Shown here: positions 33,239-42,726 of the stretch, one piece after another
Layout: the number at the start of each line of letters is the position of its first letter
Numbering within the stretch: position 1 is the first letter of the stretch
Assembly: GCA_027923505.1 (NCBI GenBank)
Contig: BROI01000008.1
Location: forward strand, 372,001 to 436,000
Source: Mayamaea pseudoterrestris
Lineage: Eukaryota
DNA length: 64,000 bases
Direction: 5' to 3'
Translations under genes and position numbers: made by a program
Notes under the pieces: generated by a model
Told to the model about the DNA's origin: nothing
Database searches by the model: none
Seen by the model: only the letters and a program-made list of their open reading frames with translations

Positions 33239-33312
33239 TGGCTTGTTTCGTAAGGTGGTACGTCAATATAATATAAGCTATCAGCAAGGTAATAGTAACA
33301 ACAACATGCGTT

Positions 33313-33654
33313 TTATTCTGTATTTGCCAATGGTTGTTCTACGAAAACTCTTATTGTGAACAATTCGCAGTTCGACAATTCCTTGCACTTGATTATGATT
33401 GTGTAACATTTCCGGCATAACGGGCAACGAGGACATCGTCTTTTCGTCGTCTCTGTTTCGCTCCATTTTCTAATGCAGCGAATGCAAAATTTGTGTTCAC
33501 ATGAGTTTACCATTGAACGCTGTCTCTCTGTCATCGAGCCGTGACAAATTCCACAGTCATTCATTGCTGGATTTGTAGCGATAATGAAGCGACAACACAG
33601 CAAAGATTTGAAGATAATGCGAGTGGCATGACACTGGGATGCGATTGAGCACAT
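33313..33654 (-). CDS. Small C3HC4 RING-finger protein (likely start 33564)
   Basis: CGIC-x11-CEHKFCIRC-...-CPRCPLC. Confidence 0.75.
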   Translation of the reverse strand: MCSIASQCHATRIIFKSLLCCRFIIATNPAMNDCGICHGSMTERQRSMVNSCEHKFCIRCIRKWSETETTKRRCPRCPLCRKCYTIIIKCKELSNCELFTIRVFVEQPLANTE

Positions 33655-33669
33655 CTCGAATTCCAGTTT

Positions 33670-33711
33670 GCCGAAAAAGGGCTATTGTTGTTCTGGATAG
33701 CCTTTTTCGGC
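33670..33711. other. Strong hairpin, 15-bp stem with one bulge
   Basis: GCCGAAAAAGG(G)CTAT...ATAGCCTTTTTCGGC. Confidence 0.85.
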
Positions 33712-33837
33712 GACGACGGAAAATGTCACTCAACGGTAGGCTCCATCCAGCTTCATCCCTGACGTTCTATCTTTGATGATGAATGCCTTATTATTGTAGA
33801 GTTGTTGGACGACAAGCAGTCACAAGCATTATTCTGA

Positions 33838-34101
33838 ATGTCGCCAGTTGAAATGAGAGTAGACGAGCCATCTCACATCCCACGAACGGTGACTGGGGTA
33901 CAAGGAGGAACTCGTTCTGCTTTTGTCGTGGATCAAGTTGCTGTCATGTCGCCTTTTCTGGATGTACCTTCCAACAACACTGGGACGCGAAGTACACAGA
34001 GTCGGGAGCAAGGTGGTTACTGGAATGGCGATCATTGGGACATGAGACTGCTGACAAAGTCTCCGTGTTCTGTTCTTATTCATTTTGAAGGGTTCAAATA
34101 G
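33838..34101 (+). CDS. Hypothetical protein (87 aa), island orphan
   Basis: ATG-initiated ORF filling the gap between the hairpin and the MazG-like gene; no motif recognised. Confidence 0.3.
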   Translation: MSPVEMRVDEPSHIPRTVTGVQGGTRSAFVVDQVAVMSPFLDVPSNNTGTRSTQSREQGGYWNGDHWDMRLLTKSPCSVLIHFEGFK

Positions 34102-34138
34102 ACTGCAGTTGTAAAGTTAGCATTTATGATTAGTAAAT

Positions 34139-34801
34139 TCATCTGTTTAGCAGGCGTACAGCAAGTAATAGAATATCGGCCAATTCGTATCCTGCTTTGA
34201 TAATGTGGTCGACAGAGTATATCCTGGACGATTCGTTCTCGGGTAACCAGTTGAAACAGTCTGCAAATTCTGCAACTTCGTTGTCGATCGCGGTGACTAG
34301 ATTCGCAACTGTATCGAACTTGGTAAAGTCTCGTTCCTTGGCGAATGTTGTTGATATTTCAGTCAATTCGCTCACGATGCTATCGACGTGTTTTGTGTTA
34401 CTTGAGAAAGGTTGACGAGTATAACTTTGATGCACTCCATCAGGACGTGTGTCCACTGTGACTCCTGTTCTGCATGAAAGCATCGTGTACTTATCAATCC
34501 GATGCGGTGTGGTGTGAGTCATTACTGGATACTTTTTGGAATTCAATATCGACTTATCTTTCGCCAAGATTGAAAGGTTAACTTCAAGCAAATCTGCGGC
34601 GATGCATGTCTGGTGAATGATAACATCCGTGAACCTGTTCAGCAATGTGGTATTCATGTGAATCGCGTTCCGATTTGTAATCATATATTCGAAAATGCCC
34701 TTGGACGCAACTTTCATGCGAAAGTAGATGTCTCGAATGCATGCGTCGTCTACCGTCCTAGTGATGCATCCTTGCAATGTATGAGGGTTCATGTCTATCA
34801 A
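34139..34801 (-). CDS. MazG-like / DCTPP1 (RS21-C6)-type dCTP pyrophosphatase domain protein with unknown N-terminal half
   Basis: FAKERDFTKFDTVANLVTAIDNEVAEFADCFNW...GYELADILLLAVRL matches F..ERDW..F..P.NL..A...EV.EL...F.W...ELAD.L.Y..RL; the ExxE...ExxD metal ligands are retained. Confidence 0.75.
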   Translation of the reverse strand: MIDMNPHTLQGCITRTVDDACIRDIYFRMKVASKGIFEYMITNRNAIHMNTTLLNRFTDVIIHQTCIAADLLEVNLSILAKDKSILNSKKYPVMTHTTPHRIDKYTMLSCRTGVTVDTRPDGVHQSYTRQPFSSNTKHVDSIVSELTEISTTFAKERDFTKFDTVANLVTAIDNEVAEFADCFNWLPENESSRIYSVDHIIKAGYELADILLLAVRLLNR

Positions 34802-35167
34802 GTAATCGTGTTTGACCGTGATGTTGTGAGGCTTCTGTGCGAAAGCTAACTCGGGATAATTCGCGCCGGGAAACCGTTGAAATAAATTTTTCGCAGTCGT
34901 TGAATTCTCCTTGGCCGAAATCGTCTGAGTCGTTTTCCCAGACGAAAAAATCGTAGATCCGTTGAGTGTTGTAGAACGTTGTTTTGGTCTTATATTTCTG
35001 AGTCGGTTAGTAAACGGATGTACGATTACCGAACAGGTCGACGAAAGTTAAGATCCGTATATGTTGTCGAGTCTTGCACTGAATATTTGGAGGCCAAATA
35101 TTGATTAAATTGGTGATGTAAGTACAGCAAGTTGCGAGGAAACATCTCATAAAATCAATCCTGAAAC

Positions 35168-35925
35168 ATGACCAAGACGACCCCTGCCAAGAGTAAAGAG
35201 GAGACCAAAAGCCCTACCAAGGCGAATTCGTCCCCAGTGGTCCGGGCTTCTCCACCCCGCAGCAGCAACGTCAAACAAGGAAAAGGAACGGAAGCCAGAC
35301 TTGTAACGCACCCTGTCCATCCGGATCTTGCGTTGCAGATTATAACCTACGAAGATAGCACGGAACGAAAGGACGCGTATAACTTTCCATTGAAGGATGG
35401 CATCAAGAATCCGCACAAGCTGTCGGCCCGCGCGAAAGAAATCGATCTCAAGGTTTTCAACCGTCGTGTTCCGGGAACGAGCGAGAGTATGTTGCAGTTG
35501 AACACCACGTCTGGGGAGGCATACCCAAGAGCTGTGTTTGTTCGTAAATTTCCGGCACCTCCGACACCAGCGGAGCGAATGGAGACGATGGCGATCATGG
35601 AAGAAGTCCTGCGTGGCGATAAGACGAGCAAGTACCCACCTCCCAATATTCGCAAGATGGACTACAATCCCACAGATCGGGTTCGACCACTTGATGATTG
35701 TAAGCTTTCTTACTTGTTCAATGTTTGGTATGGTTATCATGTACTTACAAATATCCATTTATAGTTTTCCAGGATAACACCATCGAGGCCTTGATCAAAT
35801 CCATGTACGACTTTGAGGTCCTCAACCATGACTTCGCCACCTCCTATCCTGAATTGTTGGGTGGCATATTTGGTCGTCCTACTGAGCATCGTTTTGCCAG
35901 AGACCTTGGACGTAGCGATGACTAA
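35168..35925 (+). CDS. Spliced island orphan protein (intron 35700-35764)
   Basis: A GTAAGC...TTTATAG 65-nt intron joins ORFs 35168-35764 and 35725-35925 in frame (LDD|FFQDNTIE); Ser/Pro/Lys-rich N-terminus. Confidence 0.7.
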
Positions 35926-36061
35926 GTGTCTACTATAGTATATAGAGAGTGGAGATATAAGATAACGACGATTATAAATTATCACTTTCTTTCAAACATA
36001 GACTAAAGGATTGTCACTCGCTCCTCTTGTTCGCTCTGGTAACGTAACAGCCATCGAATGA

Positions 36062-38818
36062 TTACCCGCATTTTTCCAGACCAACGACAACGAATTCTTT
36101 AAACATTCGATAGACCGGATCCTCGTCGGTGAAAAAAACATGATGCAACTTGGGTACCTTCACCGCATTTGTAAACGAATTATCGTCGTTTGTTGTGCAT
36201 TCCTTCAAGCATGCCATAGTAGCATTCAGGAGTTGTTGGTATGCTGCAATGATCGGTTTCTCCACCCGTTGGTCACTATTGAGCGCATCGAATGCAATCT
36301 TGAAGAGCAGCTCAGCTGTCATGCTCGGACTCATAGTTTCATGCTGATCGAAGGCTGCCGTGAACAAGTTCTGGAACATAAGAAATACTCCACTTTCTGG
36401 GAAAGTGGCAATGTCGTTCGTCATTATCGCGATGTTGAATACAAACCAATTTCTCATGCTTTCGAGGTCTTTGGTAGTCGCGAAAAGTTTGTTTGCCGAC
36501 CGTTCAAATCCACCCTCTTCTAGTTGCGCAATTTCGTCATCGGAGCACACGGACGCAAGTGCCTTGAATGCCGCCTTGGAAATTACTTGCATGGGTGTTT
36601 CACCAGCTTTAAGTTTTGCGTCCTCATGATTTAACTTGACACTTTTCGCAGGTACTGGAGAGGATGCCGATTCGTGCACGGAAAGTGTTTCGTCGTGTGT
36701 TCGCTTTCCATTTGATTGGTCTTTCAGCGACTGACAGTATGTACTGTCCGGAGGCACACCCGCTTGGCGTAAAAGCAATGAAACAATAAAATCGGTACCA
36801 AACTCCTTTGCGATTGTGTCGCCAACTTCGTCTCCCACAGGAAACACTTTTTGCAACACTTCGAATAGTCCGAGGATCTGTTCCTGACGAGACATATCAA
36901 TCTTCTTCTCCACGATAGTGTCAAGCTTTGCCTCTGTAAATTGTAAACCTTTGCCTCCATCGGCAACGATTATAAGTTCGTTGCGCTGATCAGAAAAGGA
37001 CGAACCCATGACGTGAATTATAATATTCGCACATAAAGAAGAGGCCGTCATCATCTGAGCTGTCGACTTGGTGATCACATTACAAAACCCAAGCTTATTG
37101 TTACAATGGCTTTCCAAGTTGCTGTATTGATTGGCAAATAATGGCTGAGAAGAAATGGGTTAGTTATTACGAACGGGACATGATTAGCACCGCAAGAGCT
37201 GCTTTCCACTTACATCTTGGACGATTGGAGCATATGCCAAGTGGCACAGCGCACGAGCCGAAGAACGACGTTTGAGATAGTACCATGCGTTTTTGTTGAT
37301 GTTGGTGCATTTAGGATCAAATGCTGCACTTATGAAGTTACGAACGATGCATTTTGCGTTCCTGGTGTTGTCATAAAAACGTTCTCCAGCTCCACCGTTC
37401 CCAAGGAGTACGATAGTGGCGATCGACAAAAATAATGCCATTATGTTCCCGTAGGAATCCAAACGTAAGAGAACATCAGCCTTTGAGTCCAGGATGTTCA
37501 CTTTCTGCTTGTATTCATATGCGTCCGGAATGATACTAGTGGCGTACGGAATTGCCAATCCTTCTTTAATTGCTGAAGTTGTCCAAAACTCAATCATGCA
37601 GACCAAGTTGTCGCAATCATTAATCAGATTTGCTGCGGCTGACGAGCAGATAGACAATGAGCAATAGTTGATGGAAGAATACAAGATGAACAGCTGTGCA
37701 ACGAGCTGCTTACCAATAACTCTTAGTGTATACTTCATCAATATATCACTTCCTTTGTCGAATCCAAGAAGCGGCACATCAAGGTCGATGCATGACGCAA
37801 CATACGCCACAAACAGACCAGAAATTGCTTTGTAGAATTTCTTGTGCTTGATCATTTCGTCTTGCCAATACATAGGCTCCTTCGATTTATTGATGAAATC
37901 AGGGGATGTCGCGGCGGATCTTAATTCCTTGAAGTCGAGTTTAGCCTTTTCAATATGTTGCGAGTAGGATTTGTAGGTTTCCAGCTCGGGAAGTGCCAGG
38001 AAGGATTCCATGTTCTTCGAAGCAAGATGAGTCTCAATCTCCTCGATCTTTTCGGATACTCTCATGTGCATCTGCTCTTCTTCATCTTTAAGGTCAAGGT
38101 ATAAATAATTGTCTGACAACTTGTTTTCCAGCTCGTAAAACGGATTGCTACTTTCGGTTGTTGTTCGTTTTGATTTATTCAAGCCTCGCGTGTTTATAGA
38201 CTTGGTAGAAGGCAGGACACGATACAATTGCGTAGACGGACGAGTCACTCGAGACGATTGCGTTCGAGTCGATACCTGGTGCACATGCCGAGTACGGGCG
38301 GTGGATTGATGTGTGGCTTCGTCTTCATCGGTATCGGGCTTGTCGTCGATGTCGTTATCGTCGGAATTTGACGAACTGATTGGATCGGAATCAAGATTGT
38401 TGGAATCTGAAGCACTGCTATCTTCATGAGCAGAATGCGTTGAATCAGATGTTGCGTCCGTTGCATTCGATGGAGTGCGTGACGCCGCTCCATTCCCCAT
38501 GTCTGTCGTCTCGGCCGCATGGATACTGGAGTCTTCTTCTTCGTTGCTTGGAGGCACTGGAGCGTTTCGGAAACCGGCTACCACTTTGTTGAAGATAGAA
38601 TTAATCATGGGGTCTGCTGTGGGATTCTCCGCGACGAGCAATTGGTTTGACACTTGTACGATACGTTTTGCCTTCTTACTCTTGTTTTTTGTTGCAGTAA
38701 TTCGTTTTGGCATTATATGATGGTTATAGCGAAAACGACGAGCGTGGAGAGCGTTGTCTATCGTAACGAACGTTCGAGATTTGTCACCTCTCCCAGTCCG
38801 CTCGTTCCATCTTGGCAC
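36062..38818 (-). CDS. Large spliced island orphan protein (~850 aa; intron 37145-37213, probable in-frame intron 37639-37713)
   Basis: A GTAAGT...CTAAC...TTCTCAG intron joins ORFs 37184-38818 and 36062-37117 in phase 0. NLS-like KNKSKKAKR, acidic disordered tract, helical-looking remainder. Start may be MPKRIT near 38713. Confidence 0.7.
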
Positions 38819-39115
38819 GATTTTTCAGCGAAAGTTTTCGTGGGCGACTGCGGTCATCCAACGGATGTTTCTGACGTCATCGAACATTTTTGTTTAACGA
38901 CAATACCATTTCAAATTAACTGTCAACCCATGTGTAGCCTAGAATTAAAATTTACTGTAATCCTATGAGTAGTAAAATCAAGTATTCAATTACATCCACA
39001 ACCATAAACCGAGCCCCCAAGACAGAATTCCGGCGTTTCGACCATTGCGGCCGATCTGTCGCACCATTTGTTTTGTCTTTGTGAACGACCAAAGTAAAGC
39101 ATCGGTCGAATTAGT

Positions 39116-40127
39116 ATGAACAGCACGGAAGAAAGATGTCTATGGAAGAGAACGATGAGTCCTGAAACTCTAAGACGAAATGATTCGGCGGAGACTCTTG
39201 CATCGATGCAAGCAAGATTCGCCTCGACGCCGCCAAAACTTTCCTTCTGGCAGTTATGTTCGAGATCGCATGTTGTTGTCCAAGAAATATCAATAACAGC
39301 TTACTTGTTAACGAGACATAGGTTATTGATAGAAATGAAAGAGCGGCAATTTACAATTGACTCCAGGAGGAACAGTGCATCATCTTGCTTCATTGTCGTG
39401 GCGTTGCTTGTTGTTTTATTCTTTGGATCGCGAGGCGAATCAGCGCAAGACCGAAGGGCAAAGGTCACACAGAGAGCCACGGACGGTCTTTTATCGGCTA
39501 CACTTCTACGCCTCATGGCCAGCTTTCTGCAGAGTCTGACTGCATCCTACGCTTCTGATACGCTATACACTTTGGCTGTCGCTGGACTTGCCTTGCATAT
39601 CCTAGCTTGCGACTATTCGTACGCTAATGGCCGCAATCACAATTCTTCAAAAAAGAACCATGTCATGAACGCACTGGGTCGACCTTTGTTTCACGGCGGA
39701 ACAGTGTCTTTAAACTCGGCCTTGTTCAGTACGATGCTATTGGTGTCCAGGCTCGACACGTCCGAAGCTTACTTCTTCATATACTTTGCAATTGTCCTCT
39801 TTGCATTCTATCCTGTGTCCAGGAACTCTATTACAGCTAGCTTTCCAGCCCATGACAATGGTGAGAAAGAACGGTAGTCATCGAGAACCTGTGTGCCGAT
39901 ATCATGCCGCTTACTTTGTGGAATTTTGTTTCGCAGTGGCTCTCTGGCTCGTTACGCTCCTTGTATGTCTTGCAACTGGAGTTCTGCTTAAATCCTGGCA
40001 CGAGTGTGTATTATTCGTGATTGGCGCTATGCTGTTTGGGCTATTCATGCCACTTTGGAGGTTTGTTGCACAGAAAAACAAGGTTTTTCTTCTTGGACCA
40101 TGGGATATACCAACGAAAATTGTATGA
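39116..40127 (+). CDS. PIGC: Phosphatidylinositol N-acetylglucosaminyltransferase subunit C (GPI2/PIG-C), intron 39861-39936
   Basis: LQSLTASYASDTL, HILACDY, VSLNSALFSTMLLVSRL, C-terminal QKNKVFLLGPWD. Confidence 0.85.
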
Positions 40128-40169
40128 AAAGTACGAGTACTGTACATAAACTAAATAAAGGAACCAATA

Positions 40170-42509
40170 CTATTTATTATAAAGCTTGTACATGCCGTCG
40201 GGACCACACTCTAGCTTTTCTGCTCGAACCAAGCTCAGCAGAAACTGGTGAAGCTGCTGTGGTGTCTTGTCATAGCGAATGTCGGACCCAGAGACAAACA
40301 GCTTGAGCATGCCATGGATACGGTCAAGTGGCAACTGCTGCATATTTGTAAGCATCCCGACAATGTATGACTCGTATGCTTCCATTTCTTCCTCCTCCTG
40401 CGCCGATGCGGACACTGCTTGGCCACGGCCTCCATAATCTTCATCCATCATGGATGAGGGAGTCGACGCTCCCTCTTCACCAAGATGCGACGCAGAAGAA
40501 ATTTCATACGTAGTCGTATGTTTCCAACACGTGACGATACTGAGCACGCGATGATTGACCCAGAACATTAAACGTTTCTCAAGCACGTGCTGAGAGATCC
40601 CAGTTTCGTCCGATAACTCCTCTGCCGTCCATTGAAGCTTGTCCTCAAAGTGAGTAATGAGCGAAGCCATGAGAGGGGAGCAATTGAACTCTTTTGTCAC
40701 TACAATTGAAGCGCCATCGCCATTGACTTCAATCACGTCCAATTCTAGATCCACCGATCCCAATTGGTCAAACCAAATAAGCTTCCGTGGATTCTTTAAG
40801 CGCTCGAATTCGTGCGCGTAAGCGTCTAACTCGCTTTGTCTGCGCGGATGGTGCTTGACAGGTTCATGCTGCAAAGACGGCCAAAAAGTGTGCGAAATTG
40901 TTGCGACGTCGACAACATTCCCCAATAAGCCGTTTGCACTCATGTGCTGAGCGTTTAGCGTCCTAGATATAAGAGTGTTGGTACGCTTGCTGTCATCCAA
41001 GTCCTTAAGCATGACCTCGCAGCTTCTCATACTCGACTCTCCAAAGCGCAGCTTAAGCAACTCGAGTGTGTGCACGTCTTGATCCGTGTCATAAGTAAGG
41101 TTCGCCAATAACTTGTCAGCCAACATAATACGGTATTCGTTGACGAATAGCTCCTTGCTCCCGTAAATGCTCACAAGCATGGCTAAGATATCAACGTCTC
41201 CACGCCCTCCACTGCATTCAAAAAAAGTGCCTCGGGTCTGATATACTGACGGCTGCGGCTGCCAGTTAAAATCTGGGCACTCTTCCTCGTCGTCCGAATC
41301 GACAGTCACATTCTCCAAAGGCTTGGCATCCTGTCGTCGTAGCTCTTGGTATAAATCGCCTCCGGCTTCGGCGTCAGTCAATGATGAAATAATGCACCGG
41401 ACTGTATCTACGCGGTTGCGCAAGTACGATCGTACAGGCTCTGCGACAACCTCCAAAAGTCGGTCAGACGGGTCAATGACGCGCATAACTTTGATGGTAG
41501 CAATGTATACATCAATGATTTGAGAGGTGTTTGCGCCAGGATGGTTCAACCGCTTTACCAGCTCCTTGCCCAGTACTTCAGCAATTTGCTTGTGCATTTG
41601 TGTAGTCTCCAAAACCTTTTCAAGCTCTTCGACGGCCGGATGACTGTCCGAGTAATCGGCGACAATGTCGAAAATTTCCTCCATTCGTGCCTCGCAAAAG
41701 CACTGAGCAGTCAGACTTTCTAGTTCCTGCTTCCATGCGGCAATTTTGACATTTTCCATGTCGCCTGTACCTTCTGGCCACAAAACAGCTTGCACCCACG
41801 TGGAAACAACTTCATCTCGCCAGTTGCACACCGTTTGGTACAACCCTTGCTCATCAAATTGGCCTTGGATAGTTGTTTTTATATGTTGGAAAACAGTTTT
41901 GCGAATGGCCGATTGCAGTACCTTTAACAGAAATCCAGAAGATCGTGTCTCCGTTTGCGGCCGAATCCAGCCGAGCGTATGTAGATCCGAAATGATGCGG
42001 CATGACGGCTTACTCATGCTCTGCTCATAATCGTCCCAGTCATGCAGTAAACTTCGGAAGAGTGATTCAAAAGCATTCAGAAACATTGCAGGCCGAAGTC
42101 CTCGAGCATCTACCGCCACCAAGACAGAGGCTGTCATGGCAATGCGTCGAGCTTCATTTGGATCGTCTGAAAAGCGATATGGAAGTTCTGGGCGATTCTC
42201 TGCGGTCTGGATAGGATGAGCCGACTATTTGTCAGTAGCAGAATTTTATATCACAACACGTCTCGATCAATCATCATAGTATACTATGAGTTTCTCAGAG
42301 TTAATTAATAAAAGAAACACAGTGATGAGATAACTTACCCAAACACGGAGTTGATCAGCCAATGATGCAATTCGATTTGGAAGAGATTTCCAATCAAACT
42401 TGCCATCGACAAAATCATCTGCAGCCTTTCGAGATCTTCGGTTGGCAATGACGGCTAAAGTGTGTTCTGTACTCTCGTCAAGCTCTCTTGAGTTACCAGT
42501 GGCAAACAT
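40170..42509 (-). CDS. ANAPC2: Anaphase-promoting complex subunit 2 (cullin domain), probable intron ~42225-42338
   Basis: IFDIVADY.DSHPA, RLNHPGANTSQI, LVSIYGSKELFVNEYR, LELLKLRFGE, CEVMLKD, C-terminal YIVGMLTN...LDRIHGMLK winged helix. Confidence 0.92.
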
Positions 42510-42726
42510 GATCAGCAATCCTCCTCGCAAAGAAATGGCCGTGCGATTTGATGCAATTGTCTGTTAGGTCATACCGTTACTCAATGTGTCGTAGCGGTTC
42601 TTAGGTGTGACGCGGACGAAAGATCGTGCACAATCATCCGCATTTCCATCCGAAGTCCACAGCACGAAAGAGCAAAGCGAGAGCTTCGAAAAAGCCAACA
42701 ATTTTCAAAAGTATCGTTTTACCGTT

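Larger units (their letters stand above)
25918..39009. mobile_element. ~13-kb Helitron-related cargo island (non-autonomous or decayed copy)
   Basis: Sits between divergently transcribed housekeeping genes; holds a Helitron Rep N-terminal ORF, paralogous orphan families and internal repeats, and no housekeeping genes. Boundaries taken from candidate CGAG|GTTTAT...ATAAAC|CGAG and are uncertain. Confidence 0.7.

Noticed and set aside
26003..38998. TGGATGTAA / TTACATCCA 9-bp inverted match near both island ends as a terminal inverted repeat
   Set aside because: The same ATTACATCCAC occurs in ordinary intergenic DNA at ~21420, so it may be a common genomic motif; the two copies also lie at different distances from the candidate ends.
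25918..39009. Island as an endogenous giant virus, Polinton or bacterial contaminant
   Set aside because: No capsid, pPolB, packaging ATPase or integrase motif recognised, and spliceosomal introns are present. A viral origin of individual orphans cannot be excluded.
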